NCBI GenBank assembly: GCA_034722055.1
Contig: JAYENL010000115.1
Coordinates: 1-25,013 of the forward strand
Length of the DNA stretch: 25,013 nucleotides
From: Armatimonadota bacterium
GTDB lineage: Bacteria > Armatimonadota > Zipacnadia > Zipacnadales > UBA5352
Direction: 5' to 3'
The translations under genes and the position numbers were made by a program. Below the pieces are notes generated by a model, which was given only the letters and a program-made list of their open reading frames with translations, did no database searches and was not told the origin of the DNA. Shown here in pieces: positions 8,548 to 17,712 of the stretch. Numbering within the stretch: the first letter of the stretch is position 1; each line of letters begins with the position of its first letter.

Positions 8548-10464
8548 ATGATTCACCTCACGTTGACCGCCGCGCTCATCGGTGTCCTGGCGCTGACCGT
8601 GCCCGAGCCGCGACTGGGAACTCGGGAGCCGTATCCCGAGATGCAACCGCCCTTCTTCGACCTCGCCACCGAAGGGCAGGCCCAGGCCAGCATCGCGACA
8701 GTGCCCGACTGCAGTGAGGTCGAGGACTTCGCCGCGACTGAGCTGGCGGACTACCTGCAGCAGATCACCGGAGCGGACTTCGACCGTGCGGCGGAGCCGG
8801 CGGAGGACATGTACCCGATCTACGTGGGCGAGGCGGCCCGCGCGAACCTCCCCGACGTGGACTTCGAGGCGCTGCAGGAGGACGGCTTCGTGATTCGCTC
8901 CTCGGCCGATGGCCTCATGATCGCGGGCCGTGAGGACCTGGGCACGCTCTACGGGGTCTACCACCTCCTCGAGAAGTACCTCGGCGTGCGCTGGTTCATG
9001 CCCGGAGAGCTCGGGACGGTCGTGAGCCCGAACCCCGACCTCGCCATCGGCACCATCGAGGACGTGCAGGAGCCGGACTTCCGCGTGCGGTGGATCGAGT
9101 CCGGCGACTGGGCCCTGCACAATCGGATGAACGTGCGGGTGGCGGTTAGCGACAAGCCCGTCGGCGTCAACTGGCTGTGGGGCTTTCACACCCACTTCAA
9201 GCTGGTGCCGCCGAAGCAGCACTTCGATGAGCATCCGGAGTACTTCGCACTGGTGAATGGCGTCCGGCCCAGCGCCCGCCCCGGCCAGCAGGGCCGGCAG
9301 CTCTGCACCACCAACCCGGAGGTCATCGAGCTGATGGCCGACGCCGTCTGCCAGAGGTTCGAGGAGGACCCCACGCTGGACATTCTGGCCCTGGCACCTC
9401 AGGACGGCGGCGGCTTCTGCACCTGCCCCCACTGCCAAGCCCTGGATGAGGAGCGCCCCGAGGACCAGCAGTGGCACGCCCAGTACTCCAACCGCCTGGC
9501 GCGGTTCAACAACGCCGTGGCCCGCCGGGTCAGACAGCGGTATCCCGACCGCCTCATCAAGGTCGGCGCCTACGCCATGTACCTGCGAGTGCCTGACGAC
9601 CCGGACTACCGCCCTGAGCCGAATCTCATCATCCAGGCCTGCCACACCTACTCGTGCAACAACCATCGCGTGGCGGCGCCCACCTGCGAGCGCAACTGGG
9701 AGCACTTCACCAAGGAGCTCAACCACTGGGCGGAATTGACCGACCACCTCTTCATCTACGAGTACTACAACAAGGGCGTCTGGGGCGGCCTTCCCTACCC
9801 GCAGACGCACGTCATCAGGTGGGACATCCCCTACTTCAAGGACCTCGGTGTGGAGGGCTTCTACACCCAGGCCGCCCGCAACCGCTTCCCCATCATCGGC
9901 CTCAACCACTACATCGCCAGCAAGCTCGTCTGGGACGCCGAGCTGGACGTTGATTTGCTCCTGCAGGACTTCTACGAGCGGTTCTATCAGGAGGCCGCCG
10001 AGCCGATGGGCCGCTACTGGGAGCGGCTTGAGGCCGCCTTCGCCGAGAACCCCAACCACCTGTCGCCCTTCGGACTGGAGTGGACCACCCTCGCGGCGCC
10101 CAAGTTCTTCACGCCCCAGGTCCTCACCGACCTCGATGAGGCCGTCAGCGAGGCCGAGGAGCTGGCGCAGTCCGAGCCCGTCCGCCAGCGCGTGCATCAA
10201 TGCCGAATCGCCGTGGACTTCACACGCATGGTCATGGAGTATCTCACGCGCATGCAGGAGCAGTTCGCGGGCGTGGACAGGGAGGACGACGAGGCCGTGC
10301 AGGCCGCCTACGAGCGCGCCGTGGAGATCGGCGAGCCACTGTCCGAGCGCATCGTCCAGTACTGCCGCGACAACGACCTGCCGGTCTTCGACCGCCTGGT
10401 GCGCGCACATACGAGCCGCCGCTTCGTCACGCCCAAAGCCGAGGACGAGACGCTGCTGCGCTGA
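8548..10464 (+). CDS. DUF4838-like exported protein (putative glycoside hydrolase-related; N-terminal GH67N/hexosaminidase-like domain)
   Basis: AGGAG RBS and signal peptide. Motifs FAATELADYLQQITGA, GTLYGVYHLLEKYLGVRWFMPG, HPEYFAL, QLCTTNPEV, DGGGFCTCPHC and FIYEYY. Confidence 0.8.
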   Translation: MIHLTLTAALIGVLALTVPEPRLGTREPYPEMQPPFFDLATEGQAQASIATVPDCSEVEDFAATELADYLQQITGADFDRAAEPAEDMYPIYVGEAARANLPDVDFEALQEDGFVIRSSADGLMIAGREDLGTLYGVYHLLEKYLGVRWFMPGELGTVVSPNPDLAIGTIEDVQEPDFRVRWIESGDWALHNRMNVRVAVSDKPVGVNWLWGFHTHFKLVPPKQHFDEHPEYFALVNGVRPSARPGQQGRQLCTTNPEVIELMADAVCQRFEEDPTLDILALAPQDGGGFCTCPHCQALDEERPEDQQWHAQYSNRLARFNNAVARRVRQRYPDRLIKVGAYAMYLRVPDDPDYRPEPNLIIQACHTYSCNNHRVAAPTCERNWEHFTKELNHWAELTDHLFIYEYYNKGVWGGLPYPQTHVIRWDIPYFKDLGVEGFYTQAARNRFPIIGLNHYIASKLVWDAELDVDLLLQDFYERFYQEAAEPMGRYWERLEAAFAENPNHLSPFGLEWTTLAAPKFFTPQVLTDLDEAVSEAEELAQSEPVRQRVHQCRIAVDFTRMVMEYLTRMQEQFAGVDREDDEAVQAAYERAVEIGEPLSERIVQYCRDNDLPVFDRLVRAHTSRRFVTPKAEDETLLR

Positions 10465-10526
10465 GCGCCATCAGCACATCGCACACGCCGGGGGGCTGCA
10501 CGTCGGCACATGCCACCAATGAGAAG

Positions 10527-10572
10527 ACCTGGGACGCGGGCGCCCTCGCCCGCGTGCGAGCCGAAGGTCCGC
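10527..10572. repeat. CCTGG-type REP-like element (second copy at 14934-15017)
   Basis: ACCTGGGACGCGGGCGCCCTCGCCCGC plus GTGCGAGCCGAAGGTCCGC. Near-identical halves occur at 14934-14960 and 14999-15017. Confidence 0.7.
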
Positions 10573-10633
10573 TCAACGGGCGGGGGTGGAACCTGTGCGG
10601 CCCCTCCTTCCTCTCGCGACTTCATGCCACGCC

Positions 10634-13003
10634 ATGGATCAGGCTGCCATCGCCACAATCCGCAGGACCCTTCGGGCGCTGCGCTCGGAGCGCCGCCGAG
10701 GGTTCGATGACAGCGCCGCTCCCGATGGCATGGAGCGGATGATCCGCCATGCCGTGGGGCTGCTGGCCTCCGCCGAGCTGCCGGACCGGGCGCGAGAGTC
10801 CCTCCGCCGCCTCGAGCGCGACATGCGCGGCTACCAGGATCTGCCGCCGCAGCGCCGAGGCCCGCTGGTGGAGCGAGCCCTCAGCCTCCTGGAGGCCATC
10901 GCTCCGGAACAGGCTCAGGCGCAGCCAGAGCGGGCCGAGCGGGAAGAGCCCGCACAGCCGCTGTCGTGGGAGGATCCGGTGAGGGAGCTGTCGGGGGTGG
11001 GGCCGGCGCGGGCCGAGGCCCTGGAGCGGCTGGGCGTGCGCACCATCGGCGATCTCCTCCTGCACTGCCCGGCCCGCTACGAGGATCGGCGGCAGGTGCT
11101 GACACTCCGGGAGCTCACGCACGGGCAGACCGCCGCGGTGCGAGTGACCGTGACGCGGCGCGGGCGGCGCTCCAGCCGCCGGCGCAGCGCGGCGGCCATC
11201 GTCCCCGTGGAGTCCGGCGGCACGGAGGGCGAGCTGCTCTTCTTCCGCCAGCCCTGGCGCGTGGAGCGGCACGACCCGGGCGAGGAGCTGCTGGTGGTGG
11301 GCACCGCCCGCATCGACAGCGGCGACATCGCCATCGCGGTGGCCGAGTGCGAGAGCCTGGACGCCGAGGGGCCTGACGCCGCCGGCTGCATCGTCCCCGT
11401 CTACCCGTCCACCGAGGGCGTCTCGCAGCGTATGCATCGCCGGTGGGTCGGCCAGGCCCTGGAGCGCTGCCCTCCCCCTGAGGACCCCCTCCCGGAGCGC
11501 CTCCTCGGGGACCGCGGGCTGATGCCGCTGGCCGAGGCCCTGCGCCAGGTTCATCAGCCCACGGACTTCCCCCGCCAGCGCGCCGCCCGCCATCGCCTCG
11601 CCTACCAGGAGCTCTTCGCGCTCCAGCTCTCGCTGGCCCTCCGACGCGCCAAGGCCACGGCTCCCGATCCGGGGGCCTCCATCCCCGCTGCTGGCCTTCC
11701 TGAGGCGCTCCTGGAGACGCTGCCCTTCGAGCCGACCGCCGCCCAGGAGCGCGTGATCGCGGAGGTCCTGGCAGATCTGTCCGCGGGTGAGCCCGCCCAT
11801 CGCCTGGTGCACGGCGAGGTGGGCTCAGGGAAGACCGTGGTGGCGGCGGTGGCACTGGCGGCGGCGGTCCGCGCCGGCCGCCAGGCGGCCATGATGGCCC
11901 CCACGGAGGTGCTGGCCGAGCAGCATCATGAGAGCCTGGCGGAGCTGCTGGGGCCGATGGGCCTCCAGCCGGTGCTGCTCACCGGCAGCACCCCGGCCGC
12001 GGAGCGGGCAGCGGCGGAGGACGCTCTCGCGGCCGGCGAGGCCATCTGCGCGGTGGGCACCCACGCCCTCTTCTCGGCGGGCGTCGAGTTCGCCGACCTG
12101 GCGGTAGCCGTCATCGACGAGCAGCACCGCTTCGGCGTGCGCCAGCGCGCGCGGCTCTCGGCCAAGGGCGCTCGGCCGAACGTCCTGGTGATGTCCGCCA
12201 CGCCCATCCCGCGCACCCTGGCCCTGGCCGTGTACGGGGACTTCGACGTTTCCGTCATCGATGAGCTTCCGCCGGGGCGCAGGCGGCCTGAGACGCGGCT
12301 GCTGTCCGTCGCGCAGGCCGACGAGGCGTGGGCCTTCGTTCGCGAGCGCGTGGCGGAGGGCCGGCAGGCCTACGTGGTCTGCCCCGCCATCGACGCCTCG
12401 GAGGAGATGACCGCCGCCGCTGAGACCTTCGAGGAGCTGGCGGCCGGGCCGCTCCGGGAGCTGCGGCTGGGGCTGGTGCACGGCCGCCTGGAGGCGGACC
12501 AGCGCCACCGGGTGATGGGGCGCTTCCGCGAGGGCGAGATCGACGTCCTGGTCGCGACCAGCCTCATCGAGGTGGGCCTCAACGTGCCCAACGCCACCAC
12601 CATCGTGATCCTGGACGCCGAGCGCTTCGGCCTGGCTCAGCTCCATCAGCTCCGGGGCCGGGTGGCCCGCGCCGCCTGGCAGCCGCACTGCATCCTGCTC
12701 TCCGGCACGGACTCCCCGGAGGCGCTGGATCGCTTGGCCGTGCTGGTGCGCACCACTGACGGGTTTGAGATCGCCGAGGAGGACCTGCGGCGGCGGGGGC
12801 CGGGGGAGCTGGACGGTATCCGCCAGAGCGGGCTCCCGGACCTGCGCATCACCAGCATCATCGCCGACACGGCGGCCCTCTGGCAGGCCCGCGAAGACGC
12901 CTTCAGCATCATCGAGCGCGACCCGGAGCTGGCGCTGCCCGAGCACGCCGGCCTCAGCAGTCTGCTTGCGCACTCCCGCCACGGCGAGCTGTGGACGCTG
13001 TAG
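10634..13003 (+). CDS. recG: ATP-dependent DNA helicase RecG
   Basis: GVGPARAEAL..LG wedge region, HRLVHGEVGSGKT, MAPTEVLAEQH, VIDEQHRFGVRQR, MSATPIPRTLAL, AERFGLAQLHQLRGRV and DGFEIAEEDLRRRGPGE. Start taken at ATG 10634. Confidence 0.97.
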   Translation: MDQAAIATIRRTLRALRSERRRGFDDSAAPDGMERMIRHAVGLLASAELPDRARESLRRLERDMRGYQDLPPQRRGPLVERALSLLEAIAPEQAQAQPERAEREEPAQPLSWEDPVRELSGVGPARAEALERLGVRTIGDLLLHCPARYEDRRQVLTLRELTHGQTAAVRVTVTRRGRRSSRRRSAAAIVPVESGGTEGELLFFRQPWRVERHDPGEELLVVGTARIDSGDIAIAVAECESLDAEGPDAAGCIVPVYPSTEGVSQRMHRRWVGQALERCPPPEDPLPERLLGDRGLMPLAEALRQVHQPTDFPRQRAARHRLAYQELFALQLSLALRRAKATAPDPGASIPAAGLPEALLETLPFEPTAAQERVIAEVLADLSAGEPAHRLVHGEVGSGKTVVAAVALAAAVRAGRQAAMMAPTEVLAEQHHESLAELLGPMGLQPVLLTGSTPAAERAAAEDALAAGEAICAVGTHALFSAGVEFADLAVAVIDEQHRFGVRQRARLSAKGARPNVLVMSATPIPRTLALAVYGDFDVSVIDELPPGRRRPETRLLSVAQADEAWAFVRERVAEGRQAYVVCPAIDASEEMTAAAETFEELAAGPLRELRLGLVHGRLEADQRHRVMGRFREGEIDVLVATSLIEVGLNVPNATTIVILDAERFGLAQLHQLRGRVARAAWQPHCILLSGTDSPEALDRLAVLVRTTDGFEIAEEDLRRRGPGELDGIRQSGLPDLRITSIIADTAALWQAREDAFSIIERDPELALPEHAGLSSLLAHSRHGELWTL

Positions 13004-13075
13004 CGCCGGATCGGCACAAAGGAGAGGGCGCGGCAGGCGCGCCCCCGGCATTGCGATCGTCGTCGCGACTGGCGG

Positions 13076-14749
13076 TTACCGGGGCATCTGCACCGGGATG
13101 ATCACCGGCAGCACCAGAGGGCGGCGGCCGGTGACGCGCTCGATGAACCCGCCCACCCGGCTGCGAAGCTGCTCGTAGAGCACCTCCGGGTCCCTCGTGC
13201 CTCTCCCGTGCACGTCCTCGGCGGTGCGCTTCGCCTCCTGCCGGATGCGCTCGAGGATCTCCTCGGATTCCTGCACGTGGACGAACCCCCGGGAGTAGAT
13301 CTCCGGCTCCGCCACCATCTCGCAGGAGTCCTTGCGCACGGCCACCACGGGCAGCACGATGCCCTCACTGGCCAGCGTCCGCCGGTCCTCCAGCACCACG
13401 TCGCCCACGTCGCCGACGCCCAGTCCGTCAACGTTCACCGATCCGCCCGGCACCGGCTGACCCATCGACGCCCGGCCGTCGCGGAACTCGACGACCCTCC
13501 CCGGCGCCAGGATGAAGACCTCCTCCTCACGCATTCCCAGGTCAACCGCCAGGTCGGTGAATGCCAGCAGATGCCGATACTCGCCATGGAAGGGCACCGC
13601 ATACTTGGGCCGCGTGAGGTTCATCAGCAGCTTGACCTCCTCGGCCTTGGCATGTCCCGTGACGTGCACATAGCCCTCGCCGTAGAGCACGTGGGCGCCC
13701 TGCCGTGCCAGCCCGTTGATGGTCTTCCAGATGAGGGCCTCGTTGCCGGGGATGGCCGATGATGACATCACCACCGTGTCCAGCTTGTGGACCTGGATAT
13801 CCCTGTGGCTGCCCCGGGCGATGCGCGACAGTGCCGACAGCGGCTCCCCCTGGCTGCCGGTGATCAGAATCGTCAGCCGCCGGTCCGGGATGTCGTCGAT
13901 CTCGTCCACCTGCACCCGGATGCCGTCGGGCACGTGGATGCGGTCCAGACGCTGCGCCACTCGTGTGTTCTGCTCCATGCTGCGCCCGATGATGGCCACC
14001 TTCCGGCCCATGTCCGCCGAGCCATCGATGGCGTGCTGCATGCGGCCGATGTTGGAGGCGAAGGTGGTCATGATGACCCGCCCCGGCGCCTCCTCGATGA
14101 TCTCCCGCAGCGCCTCCTCCACGACCCGCTCCGAGCCCGAGTAGCCCGGCTCGTTCACGTTGGTGGTGTCCACCATCAACGCCAGGACTCCCTCCGCGCC
14201 GTAGCGCGCGAAGGCGTGGAAGTCCGTGGGCAGGCCGTCGGTGGGCGTCTGATCGACCTTGAAGTCTCCGGAGTGTACGATGATCCCCTGGTTCGTGCGG
14301 ATGGCGAAGCCGATGGCGTCGGGGATGGAGTGGTTCACCCGGATGGCCTCCAGCTCGAAGCCGCCCACGCTGAAGATGTCGTGGGGCTCGATCTCGTGGA
14401 ACTCGCAGCCGGGGTGCACGTCGAACTCCTCGAGCTTCGCCTCCACCAGCCCCAGCGTCAGTCGCGTGCCCCACACCGGCAGGGGAAGCTGCTCCAGCAG
14501 ATACGGCAGGGCCCCGATGTGGTCCTCGTGACCGTGAGTGAGCACCACGCCCGCCACGCGCTCATGGTTCTCATAGATGTAGCTCATGTCCGGCAGAATC
14601 AGGTCCACGCCCGGCTGCTCCTCGTCCGGGAACATGATCCCGCAGTCGAGGACGAGGATCTCGCCGTCCTGCTCGAAGACCGTCATGTTCTTGCCGATGT
14701 GCCCGATGCCGCCGAGGGAGATGAGTCTAAGGCTGCTGTCTGGTGCCAT
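13076..14749 (-). CDS. rnj: Ribonuclease J
   Basis: GAGGAG RBS before ATG 14749. Motifs LGGIGHIGKNM, THGHEDHIG, NHSIPD, HSGDFK, FASNIGR, TGSQGEP, HVTGH and PFHGEYRH. Confidence 0.97.
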   Translation of the reverse strand: MAPDSSLRLISLGGIGHIGKNMTVFEQDGEILVLDCGIMFPDEEQPGVDLILPDMSYIYENHERVAGVVLTHGHEDHIGALPYLLEQLPLPVWGTRLTLGLVEAKLEEFDVHPGCEFHEIEPHDIFSVGGFELEAIRVNHSIPDAIGFAIRTNQGIIVHSGDFKVDQTPTDGLPTDFHAFARYGAEGVLALMVDTTNVNEPGYSGSERVVEEALREIIEEAPGRVIMTTFASNIGRMQHAIDGSADMGRKVAIIGRSMEQNTRVAQRLDRIHVPDGIRVQVDEIDDIPDRRLTILITGSQGEPLSALSRIARGSHRDIQVHKLDTVVMSSSAIPGNEALIWKTINGLARQGAHVLYGEGYVHVTGHAKAEEVKLLMNLTRPKYAVPFHGEYRHLLAFTDLAVDLGMREEEVFILAPGRVVEFRDGRASMGQPVPGGSVNVDGLGVGDVGDVVLEDRRTLASEGIVLPVVAVRKDSCEMVAEPEIYSRGFVHVQESEEILERIRQEAKRTAEDVHGRGTRDPEVLYEQLRSRVGGFIERVTGRRPLVLPVIIPVQMPR

Positions 14750-15223
14750 ATTCTCCTCTATTCCCGTAATCTGGTGTATGCGGCGGTAACAGTTGGCCGC
14801 GGTGCCCATCCATGGGCGATTCCCGTGGTCCATTTCGACGAGTGCAGGCCCAGCGCCTGCCTCCGGGCGATGGCCGGCTGGAAGCTGGCCCCACACGTTC
14901 CTGGGACCCGCGTCTCCCGTCCCCGGTACCTCCACCTGGCGCGCGGGCGCCCTCGCCCGCGCGCCGTGTCGTACGGAGGTCAGGCGTGCCCAAGCCCGGT
15001 GCGAGCTGAAGGCCCGCATTCATCGGCGCGCCGTCGAGCGCGCGCTCGAACGACAGTCGCGCTTCGCGCGACGGCTGGCCTAGGCAGGCCCTCCGTACGA
15101 CGCTGGCCCTATCACTGCCCTCCTTCTCTCGCGCGCACCGCTGCGCCCGGGCGGAAGGACCGGACCCGCCTGGGGCGGAAGGAGCCCCAGGAACGATGTC
15201 TCACGTCACTGGGAGGGCCTGCC

Positions 15224-16477
15224 ATGAGCCGAGAGACCGTCCGGGAGCCCGCCCGTGAGATCCCCGTCATCGCCGAGGCCGAGGTGCTGGTGTGCGGGGG
15301 AGGGCCGGCCGGCACCGCCGCGGCTATCGCCGCCGCTCGAGCTGGCGCCGAGGTCATCCTCGTGGAGCGATACGGCTGCCTGGGCGGGCTGGCGACCGGC
15401 GGGCTGGTCATCGTGATCCCGCCCCTCACCCGCGACGGTCGGCAGGTCATCGGCGGCATCGGCCAGGAGATCCTGCAGCAACTCCTCGACGCCGGCCAGG
15501 CCGAATACCGGAACGAGCGCGGCAGCAGCCTCTTCGACCCCGAGGCCCTCAAGCGCCTCTCCGACCAGATGTGCCTGGACGCCGGCGTGCGGCTGCGGTT
15601 TCACTCCTGGGTGGTGGGGGTCTTCGGCGACGGGGGCCGGCCCGAAGGCGTCGTCGTGGAGAGCAAGGCCGGCCGCCAGGCCATCCGCGCGCGCCTCATC
15701 ATCGACTGCACCGGGGACGGCGACGTGGCCGCGCTGGCGGGCGGGAGCTTTGAGCGTGATGACCGTATGATCGGCCTGCCCTTCCGCATCGGCAGCGTGG
15801 ACATCGACCGTTGGCTGGCCGAGCGCCGGCCGGGCGCCGGGGGCACTCGCGGGGTCCACGAGGCGGCCCGGGCCGCCGGCGGCTACGAGTCCCACTTCGG
15901 CCTCTCCCCGATCTCCACTGAGCGGGGCGTCGTCTGGGCGAACAATCACATGACGCGGGGTAACTTCCTCGACCCGGCCATCCTCACCCGCATGGAGATC
16001 CGCGGCCGGCGGGCGGCCCACCGCGTCCTGAGTCTGCTCCGCGAGCGCATGCCGGGCTTCGAGGAGGCGTGGCTGATCGACACCGCATGGCAGATCGGCG
16101 TGCGCTGCACCCGCCGCATTGAGGGCCGGCACTGCATGAGCTTCGCTGACTTTCAGGCCCAGCGCCACTACCCCGACACCGTGGCGCTGGGAAACGACTT
16201 CCGCGACCCGGACCTGGTCTACGAGATCCCGCTGCGCTCCCTGCTGCCGGCGGATCTCGACAACGTCGCGGTCGCCGGCAGGTGCGCCTCCGCCGACGCC
16301 CAGGCCACGGAGCCGCTGCGGGAGATACACTGCTGCTGGACGATGGGCGAGGCCGCCGGGGCAGCGGCGGCGCTGGCTGTCGAGCGCGACTGCGTGCTGC
16401 CGGATGTCCCGGTCCAGGAGCTTCAAGTTCGCCTTCGCGACGCCGGCGCGGTCATTGACATTCCCCCGAGGCCCTGA
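15224..16477 (+). CDS. FAD-dependent oxidoreductase (FAD_oxidored/PF12831-like)
   Basis: GGGAGG RBS. Motifs EVLVCGGGPAGTAAA, VERYGCLGGLATGG, IIDCTGDGDVA, YEIPLRSLLP..NVAVAGRC and TMGEAAGAAAAL. Confidence 0.92.
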   Translation: MSRETVREPAREIPVIAEAEVLVCGGGPAGTAAAIAAARAGAEVILVERYGCLGGLATGGLVIVIPPLTRDGRQVIGGIGQEILQQLLDAGQAEYRNERGSSLFDPEALKRLSDQMCLDAGVRLRFHSWVVGVFGDGGRPEGVVVESKAGRQAIRARLIIDCTGDGDVAALAGGSFERDDRMIGLPFRIGSVDIDRWLAERRPGAGGTRGVHEAARAAGGYESHFGLSPISTERGVVWANNHMTRGNFLDPAILTRMEIRGRRAAHRVLSLLRERMPGFEEAWLIDTAWQIGVRCTRRIEGRHCMSFADFQAQRHYPDTVALGNDFRDPDLVYEIPLRSLLPADLDNVAVAGRCASADAQATEPLREIHCCWTMGEAAGAAAALAVERDCVLPDVPVQELQVRLRDAGAVIDIPPRP

Positions 16478-16656
16478 CCGCCGATGATGAGCTGCGCCAG
16501 ATGATCGGCGGAGACGCGGAACTCAGGGAGGTCGAGCGCGTGGCGGAGAGCAGGCGCGAGCCGATGCGCTATGACGCCGCCCGCAAGGTCCTCGCCGGCC
16601 AGGTGCCGATCGAGGAGGCCATGCGCGTCACGGCCTTCATGCCTCGCTACGACTGA
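16468..16656 (+). pseudogene. Remnant of C-terminus of a PilB/GspE-type secretion ATPase
   Basis: Hand translation EALTADDELRQMIGGDAELREVERVAESRREPMRYDAARKVLAGQVPIEEAMRVT..* resembles the E-L-x-x-D-D-E-I-R...MR-x-D-G-x-x-K-V-x-x-G-x-T-x-x-E-E-V-x-R-V-T tail of PilB/GspE. No Walker domain lies upstream (in-frame TGA at 16456). Confidence 0.7.
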
Positions 16657-16846
16657 GGCTGCCGCCCGACGGTGTCGATCTTACGCAGCATCTCCGCGGT
16701 TGTCTTTCCCGCCGAGTCGCCCGGGTCGAGCTCTTTCGCGATCTCCCACTCGGCCGGTGCGGCCGCGGCCTTGCCCCCGCGACGTACGGCTCGCCCCGGT
16801 AGTAGTGCGCGCTGGCGTACTCCGCATCCACCTCGTGTGCCGCGCG
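16647..16846 (-). pseudogene. Frameshifted TPR-protein fragment
   Basis: EVDAEYASAHYYRGEPYV in one frame continues as GKAAAAPAEWEIAKELDPGDSAGKTTAEMLRKI in another. The shift is near the C5 run at 16774-16778, and together they form a TPR-like pattern. Confidence 0.6.
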
Positions 16847-17046
16847 GTTTGTGTTCCCCGTCTCGCCCGTGCTGGAGGTGCCGGACGGCTCGGGACCTCG
16901 AGGTTGCACCGCCGGGGCCCCCACCCGGCTGCGACGAGAATCCTTCCGTCACAGGCAGGCCACGGTGGCGTGGGTCCGGAAATGATTGACTGTGGCTTCG
17001 CCTTGCGGAAGCCAGCCGCATGCGAGATCAGGATGGCCGAGGAGTG

Positions 17047-17601
17047 ATGATTGTGCAGAGTCAGATCACCTACTTCGAGCAGGCCGGCAAGCAGAACACC
17101 GACGAGACGCTGGAGCTGGCCATCGCGGCGGCGCGGGAGCGTGGGCTTTCAACCATCGTGGTGGCGTCCACGACAGGTGCCACCGCACGCCGAGCCGCCG
17201 AGATGGTCGAGGGTACAGACGTCAGCCTCGTGGTCGTGCCGCACCAGTTCGGTTGGAAGGACGAGCCGGAGTTCGACCTCGATCTGGTGCCGGAGCTCGA
17301 GGAGCAGGGGCATACGTTCTACGCCGCCACCATGCCCTTCCACACCGGTGACTTCTACGGGAACGAGGCGGGCACGGCCATGGCCAACATCCTGCGGACC
17401 TTCGGCCAGGGGACGAAGGTGTGCATCGAGATCGGCCTGATGGCGGCAGACGGCGGTCACGTGACGCAGGACGAGGAGTGCGTGCTGGTGGCGGGCACCG
17501 GCCGGGGCGCCGACACGGCTCTGGTGGCAACTGCGGCGCCCACCATGAGGCTGGGCGACTTCAAGGTCCACGAGATCCTGTGCAAGCCCCTGCCGCGGTA
17601 A
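17047..17601 (+). CDS. Pyruvate kinase C-terminal-like domain protein (COG1751 / MTH1675-like)
   Basis: ITYFEQAGKQNTDETL, IVVASTTGATA, LRTFGQGTKVCIEIGLMAADGG, GTGRGADTALV and EILCKP. Start is ATG 17047 or GTG 17053 after GAGGAG. Confidence 0.88.
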   Translation: MIVQSQITYFEQAGKQNTDETLELAIAAARERGLSTIVVASTTGATARRAAEMVEGTDVSLVVVPHQFGWKDEPEFDLDLVPELEEQGHTFYAATMPFHTGDFYGNEAGTAMANILRTFGQGTKVCIEIGLMAADGGHVTQDEECVLVAGTGRGADTALVATAAPTMRLGDFKVHEILCKPLPR

Positions 17602-17634
17602 GCAGGCGCGGTCCCGACCACCTTCCACAAAGCA

Positions 17635-17663
17635 GACGGGGCGCCCGAGTCGGGCGCCCCGTC
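17635..17663. terminator. Strong hairpin between convergent genes; probable terminator of the por operon
   Basis: Perfect inverted repeat GACGGGGCGCCCGA-g-TCGGGCGCCCCGTC, followed by TGCTTTGT on the minus strand. Confidence 0.65.
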
Positions 17664-17678
17664 GCTCGATCCGCACTC

Positions 17679-17702
17679 GTGGGGCACGCATCCCTGCCTG
17701 CC
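17679..17702. repeat. REP-like palindrome, same family as 2933 and 8242/8399
   Basis: GTGGGGCACGCATCCCTGCCTGCC. Confidence 0.7.
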
Positions 17703-17712
17703 GTTGTTTGCC

